From positions 1-31,296 of the IMG/VR virus record IMGVR_UViG_3300044448_000268: a DNA stretch of 31,296 nucleotides. One strand, 5' to 3'. Each line of letters begins with the position of its first letter. Position 1 is the first letter of the stretch. Positions 1-8,226 of the stretch are shown here, piece after piece. The notes under the pieces were generated by a model. The model saw only the letters and a program-made list of their open reading frames with translations. It made no database searches and was not told the DNA's origin. Position numbers and translations under genes: made by a program. This DNA is from a virus (Duplodnaviria > Caudoviricetes).

Positions 1-126
1 GGCCGTGCTTTCTTTGTGCAATTTCTATCAATAGTAAACAACCATTTTACTGATGGTGTTTGAACAACGTTTGACGCGTCTGCAACTTCATTCCAAATAA
101 CATAATGGTGAACGTTTATGCCGTCA
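1..126. repeat. Terminal direct repeat, copy 1 (circular assembly overlap)
   Basis: 1-126 is identical to 31169-31294; the ORF reads in frame through the junction. Confidence 0.95.
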
Positions 127-1028
127 ACTCCCTCACTCCCAACATCCATTGTTAAACCTTTTGATAATGTCCGCCATCCTGCGTCAAAAAAACAACGACC
201 TGCATTTGAATACCCTCCAAACATCACTGTCCCCCAATTGTATGTATGGACATTCAACAACTCATTTTGGGCATCATATGTGCGAATTATTAGATTATTG
301 TAATTTGTAATTCCTGACCTCAAATTTCCATTCCCACAAAAAATGTAATGCTGTTCAATTGGTTTAATTTTAACATCATAAACCCATTCCCAATCACAAT
401 CCTGTGACTGCGGTTGCATTCCTGCCACACATATTTTTTTACGTTGCAACACACAATCTGTCATCCATAACCAATTTGAATTTTGGTTGTTGTTGTCTGT
501 CATTAAGTATGGCAACATGTAACGGTTTGTTGACTGTGACCCCGCCCAATAATCATAAATTTGATTTGAAATTGGTGGTGACGCCTCCCAAACATAAAAC
601 TCATTTGATGTTGTAATGTCTGTGTCTAATGTAATTGTGTTTGTTCCTGTGTCCAAATATTCTCTTTGAACTTCTAGTTTAAACGGGAAATCACTTCTGT
701 CAACCATTGTATTAAAAATCAACGTTTCAAAACCCCCACCTGAACAACCATCACCCGAACCCAATCCTGATAAATCACTCAATTCCGCTTTGTCTAATAA
801 TGCCGCAACACCTGCCGCATTGAAATCGTATTGTTGTGAATTATACAAATTGGACGCCACACGTATTTTTCCTCCTATTGTTTGCCATGCACCATATTTA
901 TACCAATAACACTGAACAATCACGTTAACTGTGTTTGCTGTTGTTTCTGTAAATTTGAAATCAATATTTGTTAATGTCCCACATACACTGTTTGCGGATG
1001 GTTGACTGTTTATTGTTACGAATGCCAT
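1..1028 (-). CDS. 5' part of a junction-spanning ~512-aa virion protein (putative distal tail/tail-tip protein)
   Basis: Hand translation from ATG 1028 (MAFVTINSQPSANSVCG...) is open to base 1, ending ...KWLFTIDRNCTKKARP, which is the start of track ORF 30658..31209. Function inferred from position. Confidence 0.8.
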   Translation of the reverse strand, partial: MAFVTINSQPSANSVCGTLTNIDFKFTETTANTVNVIVQCYWYKYGAWQTIGGKIRVASNLYNSQQYDFNAAGVAALLDKAELSDLSGLGSGDGCSGGGFETLIFNTMVDRSDFPFKLEVQREYLDTGTNTITLDTDITTSNEFYVWEASPPISNQIYDYWAGSQSTNRYMLPYLMTDNNNQNSNWLWMTDCVLQRKKICVAGMQPQSQDCDWEWVYDVKIKPIEQHYIFCGNGNLRSGITNYNNLIIRTYDAQNELLNVHTYNWGTVMFGGYSNAGRCFFDAGWRTLSKGLTMDVGSEGVDGINVHHYVIWNEVADASNVVQTPSVKWLFTIDRNCTKKAR

Positions 1029-1038
1029 GTTTTTTCTT

Positions 1039-1578
1039 TTAAATAAATATTGTTAATTCACCAACTAAATTGTTTTTCATTAACGCAACAACCTCACTCT
1101 GAAATCCATTTGCCATGTCTTGAATGTGAATGTCGCGTTGTGCTTTTGTTTTTTCTACAAATCCCAATTTACTTTTATTAATTGGGTTTCCCTTACCCAA
1201 ACCACCTTTTGATGTTTGGTTGTATGCAATTGCAAATGCAATTCCTTTTATCACATCATTGTCAGATGACACACCTTTTATTTTCAACCAATTAATTAAC
1301 CCATCAATGTATTGGGAATTTTTTGCACCTGACCGTCTGTTTACTTCGTATGGAATGTTTGACCCCATCACTCCATAATTAACATAATACCAATATGACA
1401 ATGCCATAATATCAATGTCAAATGAATAATCACCTCTGTCTGTAATATTATGTGACAATGATTTTATCAATGAACCTGACGCCTCACGTTTTAACTCAAT
1501 CAACTTTAATCCCATTGCAACCTCAATCAATGTTGCCTGTTTATTTAATTCAGATAATATGTAATTACTTTCTGTCAT
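1039..1578 (-). CDS. Putative tail completion/neck protein (HK97 gp10-like)
   Basis: 179 aa; ASGSLIKSL and YWYYVNYGV segments resemble phage neck proteins; lies among tail genes. Confidence 0.5.
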   Translation of the reverse strand: MTESNYILSELNKQATLIEVAMGLKLIELKREASGSLIKSLSHNITDRGDYSFDIDIMALSYWYYVNYGVMGSNIPYEVNRRSGAKNSQYIDGLINWLKIKGVSSDNDVIKGIAFAIAYNQTSKGGLGKGNPINKSKLGFVEKTKAQRDIHIQDMANGFQSEVVALMKNNLVGELTIFI

Positions 1579-1579
1579 G

Positions 1580-2104
1580 TTATGGTGTCGGTGGTGTTGG
1601 GTATTCTATTGCCATGCAATATCTGTAATAATTCAAATTGAACGTGCATTCAATTTGTAACAATTGGTCGTTACTGCTTTGTGTGCGTCTTGTAATCTGA
1701 ACAACACCATTTCCCAAAACACATTTGGAACCTAAATTGTTCAACACTGTATTTAACCAATAATAAAAACAATGTTCCATTTCGTCCCATAATCCTGCCT
1801 TTATTAAATCGTTACTCACTTGATAACGTGACGGGTGAAATTGATAAATTTGTATTTTAAAAACTGTTGTGTTATTTACAACATTTGCCTCATACTCATC
1901 CACAACTGATGTTGATGTGGGAACATTGCAAACCATCAATGGTAAATCTTTTTTGTGCAACTCATCAACATCTGATGGGTAACCAAAATGAAATTGTGGA
2001 CATGGTGTTGGTGGTGTTGTTTCAGGAACACCACAACAATTGTTCGTCCAATCTGTTCTCATTTGATATATTATTTCATGTAAATCTGTGTTGTTGTTTG
2101 CCAT
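1580..2104 (-). CDS. Putative tail terminator-like structural protein
   Basis: 174 aa, beta-rich, between chaperone and neck genes; call is positional. Confidence 0.45.
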   Translation of the reverse strand: MANNNTDLHEIIYQMRTDWTNNCCGVPETTPPTPCPQFHFGYPSDVDELHKKDLPLMVCNVPTSTSVVDEYEANVVNNTTVFKIQIYQFHPSRYQVSNDLIKAGLWDEMEHCFYYWLNTVLNNLGSKCVLGNGVVQITRRTQSSNDQLLQIECTFNLNYYRYCMAIEYPTPPTP

Positions 2105-2110
2105 GTCTTT

Positions 2111-2449
2111 TTATCTGTTTTGTTTTTGTCTTGCTTTAATTTCTGCGTCCTGTTGCATTCCCTCACGCACTGCATTTTGATATTCATTGTTTGATGTTTT
2201 CCAACTTAAATACGTAAAACATTCATATAAATTTGTTTTCATAACACTGTCAATTGCGTTGTGTGGATGTTTGGTAAATAAACCATCCTGTGCAATATCA
2301 TACAAAGTATTTAACCACCCGTAACCTTTCATGATGTCCCAATTTTCTGTTGCATGGCGGTTTCCATTTCTGTTGCCATCTTTGAATACAACGCCAAATT
2401 TTTCGTGGATGTATTCGTTTGCACCATCAAAAAAAAAATGAACTGCCAA
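2111..2449 (-). CDS. Tail assembly chaperone frameshift extension (gpT-like)
   Basis: No ATG at the 5' end; overlaps the upstream ORF in the -1 frame across a T10 run; GWLNTLYDIA...LYECFTYLSW resembles gpT-type segments. Confidence 0.7.
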   Translation of the reverse strand: MAVHFFFDGANEYIHEKFGVVFKDGNRNGNRHATENWDIMKGYGWLNTLYDIAQDGLFTKHPHNAIDSVMKTNLYECFTYLSWKTSNNEYQNAVREGMQQDAEIKARQKQNR

Positions 2450-3027
2450 ACAATATCCATTCCCAATTTAGAAAACAAACGTGTTTTCTTTTTTATTAAT
2501 TCAGGTGTGTTTTCAACTCCCTGTTCTTTGCATAATATTGCCATCTGTTCTGCCATAACTCCAAAACGTCCCGCCTCACTTTCTGCATTTGCAACATTCA
2601 ATTGTTGTGTTTCAATATAATCACCAAATGTTGTTTCCTCCAAATTCATTTTTGGAAAATAATATTTTATTCCTTTATGAACAAAATGGTCTGTCCTTTC
2701 AACTGTGCCGTTTTCAATATCTGTTTTTAATACGTCCTGACTTTGCAACAATGTTGACATCTCTGCAATCAAACTCTGCATTTGCGAAAAATCTATTCGT
2801 CCAACTTCATGTGGTTTCATTCCTGTTAAATATGAAAATATTTCCTGTGAACAACGCAAATTGTTTAATGACTTTTGTTCTTTGTCAATATTTGTTTCTT
2901 TTGTGTCCTCATGTAATTTGTAATGCTTTATTAATGAAACCATTTTTGCATATTGTTCAATTGTAATCTCATTCCATTTGTTTGGCAATTCAAATCTTTG
3001 ATTTTCACCGACTGTAATATTTATCAT
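2329..3027 (-). CDS. Tail assembly chaperone (gpG-like)
   Basis: 232 aa, LPNKWNEITIEQY N-terminus, slippery run near the 3' end. Confidence 0.65.
   Translation of the reverse strand: MINITVGENQRFELPNKWNEITIEQYAKMVSLIKHYKLHEDTKETNIDKEQKSLNNLRCSQEIFSYLTGMKPHEVGRIDFSQMQSLIAEMSTLLQSQDVLKTDIENGTVERTDHFVHKGIKYYFPKMNLEETTFGDYIETQQLNVANAESEAGRFGVMAEQMAILCKEQGVENTPELIKKKTRLFSKLGMDIVWQFIFFLMVQTNTSTKNLALYSKMATEMETAMQQKIGTS
2429..2438 (-). other. Candidate -1 programmed ribosomal frameshift site (U10)
   Basis: Coding strand reads TTC ATT TTT TTT TTG; a -1 slip gives TTT GAT GGT GCA (F-D-G-A) and a ~305-aa fusion. Confidence 0.75.
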
Positions 3028-3470
3028 TGTTTTTTATTTTTTTGGTTTTGTTTTAAAATATATTTCAACGCGTCCTCTGCGTTTTCATTCAATTCATAAT
3101 CGTCCAACACTTCATTTAACTCATGGATGGTGTCGGTCATGTATCTGAATAAATCATTGCACATTGCGTCAATTTCCTTTTGGTTGTCTTTTGTTTTTAA
3201 TGCTGACGAAAATCCAACCGCACTGAACAATAAAAAATTTGGCAACATAAAAATCCATTCTGACCTGCTCACATCTGAAACACAATCCGCACCCAAAACA
3301 TTGTGCAATGCTGTCACACGTTTTTTTAATGGAATGAAATTTTTAAACGTTTCATAATCATAACCATTGTCTGTGACATCATAAATAAATCTGTCAATCC
3401 TTTTTTCAAATCGGGTTAAAATCTTTTTATGTTCTTTGTTTAAAGTTTTCATTATTTCCATAACTTGCAA
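3024..3470 (-). CDS. Hypothetical protein (likely start ATG 3461)
   Basis: 148-aa ORF whose stop overlaps the next start (ATGA). Confidence 0.7.
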   Translation of the reverse strand: MQVMEIMKTLNKEHKKILTRFEKRIDRFIYDVTDNGYDYETFKNFIPLKKRVTALHNVLGADCVSDVSRSEWIFMLPNFLLFSAVGFSSALKTKDNQKEIDAMCNDLFRYMTDTIHELNEVLDDYELNENAEDALKYILKQNQKNKKQ

Positions 3471-3510
3471 TAATACTTTATTTTATTTGTTTAATCACGC
3501 AATTTGTGGG

Positions 3511-4815
3511 TTATCCAAAATAAACAATCTTTGATTTATGAAATTCAAAAAACGCCCTCATCATTAATGCGTCACCAATATCGGGTGAACGTCCCAACAA
3601 TCCTTTTATTTGTTCCTTTGGTGTGATACTCAATTTATTGTCTTTGTCAATGTTATACATTTTGCACAATTCCAATTCTGAAATAATATTTTGTTTCATA
3701 ATGGTATCTGTTGTTTGAATATACACTTCACCATTTGCAACCTTATTTGATAACGCATAATAACATTGTGATTTTAAATTTTTGTAATTCTCACCGTTCA
3801 ATGCTTTTGAATTATTAACGAATGATTTAATCCCTTTGACAATATCAGGTATTGCACCACCCACACCGTCTGCGTCTGCAATTATGTTTGACCTGCTAAT
3901 GTGGAAATCACTTGCAATCTTAATGACGTTGTTTGCCAATTCGTCCAATGTGTTTTTGTCCCATGTTTTTATTTGAATACATTTCCAACCATCCCACACA
4001 CACACAACAGATTTGTCCCGACCAAAACGTGCAACATCAATGGTCATGTATTTTTCACCACCTTTGACATATGAATTTGTAAACATATCATTTAATTTGT
4101 CAATATGAAACAACGTCATGTCGTCATCACTGTATGACCAATCACCAAACAATAAACGTTTTTTATTCATTTGGTCTAATGACTGCAATTGTTTAATGTA
4201 ATGTTTTGAAATGTGCGGGTTGTCTGTGACTAAACTTTGAATGAACGCATGGTTCTCATCCAACGTGCCATTAATATGTTTCTGATAAAACTGTGTGTAA
4301 ATCCATGTTTTTGATGGGTTGCACGTCAACAATGTTTTTGGAATTAAATTATATTTGTCTAATTGATAACGAATACGTGACTGCAAAATTGAATATGCAA
4401 TTGGTGATATTTCTGCGGCCTCATCTACAAACACACCTGTCACCTCTAATGACCCCAATGAATTGTATTGCGGGTCTGATGGCATATGAAATAAATCTTT
4501 TAATAATATAACTGATTTGGTTTGGTGAAACGTGATGGTTGATTTTTGTTCGTTGTATGTATAATCAATCAACGGTTGTAATCCCTGCAATTTACAAACC
4601 TCAAATAAACTTAACAATGTTGTTTCACGCAATATCTTTAAACGTGACCGACCAATTAACCAACGTGTGTTTGGAAACTTCAAACAACTTTTTACAATCC
4701 AATATGTTCCCAATATTGATTTGCCACCACCCGCACCACCTCCATAAACTAAAACGTTATGCGTTGTGTTTTCTAATATGTCAATTGCCTGTGTTTGTTT
4801 CAGTGACAACTCCAT
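3511..4815 (-). CDS. terL: Terminase large subunit
   Basis: Walker A GGGAGGGKS, Walker B VFVDEAAE, LLTCNP motif, nuclease acidic residues IDVARFGRD and SPDIGDA. Start MELS at 4815 preferred over 4860. Confidence 0.95.
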   Translation of the reverse strand: MELSLKQTQAIDILENTTHNVLVYGGGAGGGKSILGTYWIVKSCLKFPNTRWLIGRSRLKILRETTLLSLFEVCKLQGLQPLIDYTYNEQKSTITFHQTKSVILLKDLFHMPSDPQYNSLGSLEVTGVFVDEAAEISPIAYSILQSRIRYQLDKYNLIPKTLLTCNPSKTWIYTQFYQKHINGTLDENHAFIQSLVTDNPHISKHYIKQLQSLDQMNKKRLLFGDWSYSDDDMTLFHIDKLNDMFTNSYVKGGEKYMTIDVARFGRDKSVVCVWDGWKCIQIKTWDKNTLDELANNVIKIASDFHISRSNIIADADGVGGAIPDIVKGIKSFVNNSKALNGENYKNLKSQCYYALSNKVANGEVYIQTTDTIMKQNIISELELCKMYNIDKDNKLSITPKEQIKGLLGRSPDIGDALMMRAFFEFHKSKIVYFG

Positions 4816-5182
4816 TTGCTGTGTATGTTTTTGTTTCATTCCAAACAACAGGTTTTCCATCCTGACCTGTTATTTCCTGACGTTCAATGTAACCCCGTTT
4901 TTTTCCTTTCGTTTTTAAGAAAAACAAAATGGCTGTTGGGTTGCCATCTTTAATCAGTTTCCACAATTCCGCCTCACATACATCAATTGCCATTTCACCA
5001 ATGTCCTCAACATCTTTTTTAAATTGTTCGTCCTGTTCACAATATCTGTAAAATGTTGAACGTGAACAATTAGAGAAATGACATGCTAACGTTACATTTC
5101 CCATGTTCTGTTGCAATGATTTTAACAACGTTTCTTTTTTTACTGTTGTTCTTTTCTGTTCTCTTTTTTTAGTATGTCCCAT
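4781..5182 (-). CDS. terS: Terminase small subunit
   Basis: N-terminal HTH (GNVTLACHFSNCSRSTFYRY), TAILFFLKTKGKKRGY motif, directly upstream of terL. Confidence 0.85.
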   Translation of the reverse strand: MGHTKKREQKRTTVKKETLLKSLQQNMGNVTLACHFSNCSRSTFYRYCEQDEQFKKDVEDIGEMAIDVCEAELWKLIKDGNPTAILFFLKTKGKKRGYIERQEITGQDGKPVVWNETKTYTANGVVTETNTGN

Positions 5183-5257
5183 ATTGTTCCATTTGTTTTT
5201 GTAAAACTAACAAATTATTTTGAATTAAATATTTGTAACCATCTGTGTTGTTAACAC

Positions 5258-5551
5258 TTACATGTTAAACCCGCCCAAACTAGATATTGGAACATTCAAT
5301 GCCTCAATAATTGCAAACTCAAATATTTTACTGTCATTGTCATAACCAATCACATCACCCCAATTCTCTTTTAACAATTCCCATGCCTCATATGTTTCGT
5401 CAGATACTTTTAACGTAATCACTTTGTCATATGTTTCCACCTTTTGTTTTTTCTGTGGTTTATTCAAATGGTCATCCAATGATTTATATTTGTTTGGGTC
5501 ATACGGTTGGTTCCTGTCAAAATCATAATAATGTGAACTGTGTTTTGTCAT
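5258..5551 (-). CDS. Hypothetical protein, possible ribbon-helix-helix-like C-terminus
   Basis: Likely start MTKH at 5551, downstream of a hairpin; VITLKVSDETYEAW strand-helix pattern. Confidence 0.55.
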   Translation of the reverse strand: MTKHSSHYYDFDRNQPYDPNKYKSLDDHLNKPQKKQKVETYDKVITLKVSDETYEAWELLKENWGDVIGYDNDSKIFEFAIIEALNVPISSLGGFNM

Positions 5552-5561
5552 ATATTTAAAT

Positions 5562-5592
5562 TTAAAATAGAATGGCGGGAACAACCCCGCCA
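5562..5592 (-). terminator. Possible intrinsic terminator
   Basis: TGGCGGG-GTTGTT-CCCGCCA stem (5573-5592) followed by an imperfect T tract TTCTATTTT. Confidence 0.5.
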
Positions 5593-5674
5593 CTCACCAA
5601 AAAAACTAATGTCCAACGTTAAACATAAATTAATAATCCGTTGAACAATAGAAACAACGTTGCAAACAACGTTA

Positions 5675-6064
5675 TTATTTTTTATTTTCTTTCGCATTTA
5701 TTGGAACAACCTTTCCATTTGTTCCCATTGGTTGCGGTGGGTTATCTTTTGCCTCTGCCTCCATTGCGGCTTTCTGTCTTTCCTGTGCCGCTTTCATTTG
5801 TTCTGCTCTTTCTGTCTGTATTCTAATAATATGTTCCAAACGTGCCAATTCAATTTCAATAAATGTAACACCAACATTTTCCTCACCATGTTTCTTTTTA
5901 TATGTTTCAAACATTTTGTAACAACCATCCTTTTGTTCGGGGTTTTTACATGACCAAATTGTTTGAATGATTTTAATGCACTCATCACGTGCCGTGATTT
6001 TTTCCATTGTTTTTTCCATGCGTTCCATGTTTTTAATTAATTTTTCATTTTGATTTAATCCCAT
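5675..6064 (-). CDS. Hypothetical helical/coiled-coil protein
   Basis: 129-aa ORF with A-rich upstream region. Confidence 0.7.
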   Translation of the reverse strand: MGLNQNEKLIKNMERMEKTMEKITARDECIKIIQTIWSCKNPEQKDGCYKMFETYKKKHGEENVGVTFIEIELARLEHIIRIQTERAEQMKAAQERQKAAMEAEAKDNPPQPMGTNGKVVPINAKENKK

Positions 6065-6074
6065 TTTTATTTAT

Positions 6075-6302
6075 TTAATTGTTTAATTCTTTTAATTTTT
6101 TTTCAAATGTTGACATTAACATTAATGATGGTTTTCCTTTGACCAACCTGCGTTGCAAATACATGTCCATTTTTTCTTTTGCCTCACGTTTATCATATGC
6201 CATTATTACAAACCAATCCAATTCTCTTTTGTAATGTTCTGAAACCATGCCGTAATATGCACACACATATTTTTTTAATTTCTGTTTTCTTAATAGTTTC
6301 AT
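6075..6302 (-). CDS. Hypothetical basic protein
   Basis: 75-aa ORF tightly packed in the operon. Confidence 0.7.
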   Translation of the reverse strand: MKLLRKQKLKKYVCAYYGMVSEHYKRELDWFVIMAYDKREAKEKMDMYLQRRLVKGKPSLMLMSTFEKKLKELNN

Positions 6303-6304
6303 AA

Positions 6305-6754
6305 TTAAAATGTCACTGTTATTTGTTTTGAACGAAAATCAATTTCAACGTTTGTTGGGAAATACATGTTCCTGTTCTCAACGTCCTCATCAACATTGCT
6401 TTCAACTTCAAATTCAGACACATCAATTTCAACCTCACCCTCAATTAATTCTGCGTCCTCATCATTTGTTTTGTAATACTCAACGTTTAACGTCACAATG
6501 TCTTTTGCTTCAACATCATCATTGTCCGCATGTAAATATGTAAAAACATTGTATGCAAACACACTTATTGTTTTGACACCCCATGACCTTATTTCTAAAT
6601 ACAAATTCCAATCAATTGTTAAATCATTAATTTCAACGCTTTCAATTTGTTCCTCCTTAATATTCAACTGTGTTGCAATGTCATATTTAGCAAACAAAAT
6701 ATCAACGTCTGTTCTGTTTTCTTTTAATGTTGTTTTAAAATTTTCGTTTAACAT
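6305..6754 (-). CDS. Hypothetical highly acidic protein
   Basis: 149 aa, about 35 D/E against 12 K/R by hand count. Confidence 0.75.
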   Translation of the reverse strand: MLNENFKTTLKENRTDVDILFAKYDIATQLNIKEEQIESVEINDLTIDWNLYLEIRSWGVKTISVFAYNVFTYLHADNDDVEAKDIVTLNVEYYKTNDEDAELIEGEVEIDVSEFEVESNVDEDVENRNMYFPTNVEIDFRSKQITVTF

Positions 6755-7071
6755 GATACCAAATTTATTTTGTCAATGTTATTATTAAAGACCTCTAAAA
6801 TCTCACTGTCATCCCACTCATCACACACCTCATCACTGTCCAATTCATTGATACAAAGGTTGCCAACGCTTTGAATATCGCATGGGTCAAATGAACCTCG
6901 TGCATATTCATATTTTTCCTTTTTAAAACATTCTGCGTCCAAATGCAAATCCATTTCCATTTCATTTCCAAACTCACTGTAATCCATAAAAATGACGCAA
7001 CATTTGTCATCACTCAATTCCCATTCAAACTGATTTGATGTTAAGTGTAATTGTATTTGTGTTTTGCTCAT
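6748..7071 (-). CDS. Hypothetical highly acidic, Cys-rich protein
   Basis: 107 aa, about 26 D/E against 7 K/R by hand count. Confidence 0.7.
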   Translation of the reverse strand: MSKTQIQLHLTSNQFEWELSDDKCCVIFMDYSEFGNEMEMDLHLDAECFKKEKYEYARGSFDPCDIQSVGNLCINELDSDEVCDEWDDSEILEVFNNNIDKINLVSC

Positions 7072-7089
7072 AATTGTTTCTTTTTGTTT

Positions 7090-7133
7090 TTTACCACCAA
7101 AACCCCGACATTTTCATGACAGGGTGTTGGGGG
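7090..7133 (-). promoter_or_regulatory. Conserved intergenic RNA hairpin, copy A
   Basis: CCCCCAACACCCUGUCA-UGAAAA-UGUCGGGGUUUUGGUGGUAAA; homologous to 13081-13124. Confidence 0.75.
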
Positions 7134-7144
7134 TTGTTTGTTGT

Positions 7145-7696
7145 TTAACTTATTGGTATCATTCGTTTTTCTATTGCCTCACCAAATAAATCAACATGGG
7201 TTTCAAAATCAAAATGTTCCATAATAACCTGTGCGTCTTTGCCGAACTCACATGTTTCCCATTGGTTTTTGTCATTAATAAAATTCTCAATTTCATTGTC
7301 ATCATCACTTCCGTTTGCAATATGTGTTGGTGCTTGGTTTGTGTGAACCCAATTTGATTTTAAATTAATTGTCCAATCAAATTGCATTGTCCATTTTGCA
7401 AATCTAATACGCACAATGATGTGGTTGCTTTCTGTGTCAATTGATTTTCCCATTTCACATGACACTAATTCAGGTTGTGTGTTTTGTCTGTGTTCAATCC
7501 ATTTGTGGTTGAAATGTGATTTTACCACCGTCCACATTTCTAAACGTGATGACGCCCATTCGTCTGCCGCTTTTTCAGTTTCAAAAATTGCAGGTAATAC
7601 ATGTTTTGAGAAACCGTTGTTTAATGCAACTGTTTGTTCTGCAATAATCATTTTGTCCTCATCTAATACTGTAAATACATTTGTTGTTTTTTCCAT
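7145..7696 (-). CDS. Hypothetical early protein (first gene after promoter A)
   Basis: 183 aa, starts MEKT. Confidence 0.75.
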   Translation of the reverse strand: MEKTTNVFTVLDEDKMIIAEQTVALNNGFSKHVLPAIFETEKAADEWASSRLEMWTVVKSHFNHKWIEHRQNTQPELVSCEMGKSIDTESNHIIVRIRFAKWTMQFDWTINLKSNWVHTNQAPTHIANGSDDDNEIENFINDKNQWETCEFGKDAQVIMEHFDFETHVDLFGEAIEKRMIPIS

Positions 7697-7746
7697 TGTT
7701 TTTTAGTTTTTTTGGTTTTGTTAAAACTTTGTGTCTTAACTTGCTG

Positions 7747-7800
7747 TAAAGATACAAAATAATTTCATTTCACAATACTTTTTTTTAATTAATTGCAAAT
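7747..7800 (-). promoter_or_regulatory. Bacteroidota-type promoter A
   Basis: -7 box variant TATCTTTA (7747-7754) and ATTG 18 nt upstream; 22/23-bp identity (7763-7785) with promoter B. Confidence 0.65.
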
Positions 7801-7866
7801 TATTTTCATTCTTATCTAGTAAAACAATGAAAAAAAAATTAAAATTTAATATAAAATTGTGTGTTT

Positions 7867-8226
7867 TTACACGTTTTCATTTAAATAATCAGTTATTTTT
7901 TCAATCGTTTCGTCAAAACTCTTTGACACAATTGCATAATATCCTCTGTTGTTTAAATCCTCAATCCATTGTTTCTGCTCTTTACTCGCATAACTCTTTT
8001 TGTTTGCTTTCAATTCAATTGCCATTCCATTTTTTGTCATTGTTGGGTGATACAAAAACAAATCGGGAAATCCTTTCACATACCCACTTGCTTTCATTTT
8101 CTTTGCCACACTCAATGACGTTCTCATTCCTCCTGCACTTGCACAATAACGAATTTCAGGGAAATTTAATTTCAACCAATTAACCACTGCGATTTGCAAT
8201 TTCAATTCATCCTGTCTGTTTTTCAT
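7867..8226 (-). CDS. VRR-NUC domain nuclease (putative Holliday junction resolvase)
   Basis: GYVKGFPDL...IELKA...ASKEQKQW PD-(D/E)xK pattern typical of stand-alone phage VRR-NUC proteins. Confidence 0.88.
   Translation of the reverse strand: MKNRQDELKLQIAVVNWLKLNFPEIRYCASAGGMRTSLSVAKKMKASGYVKGFPDLFLYHPTMTKNGMAIELKANKKSYASKEQKQWIEDLNNRGYYAIVSKSFDETIEKITDYLNENV

Noticed and set aside
5652-5673. Direct repeat AAACAACGTT x2 and a possible 49-codon ORF over 5548-5697
   Set aside because: Only two short copies, and the ORF overlaps both a gene end and a terminator-like hairpin; no independent support.
5794-7013. Nested minus-strand ORFs 5794..5988 and 6795..7013
   Set aside because: Fully inside better ORFs in another frame, with no start context.
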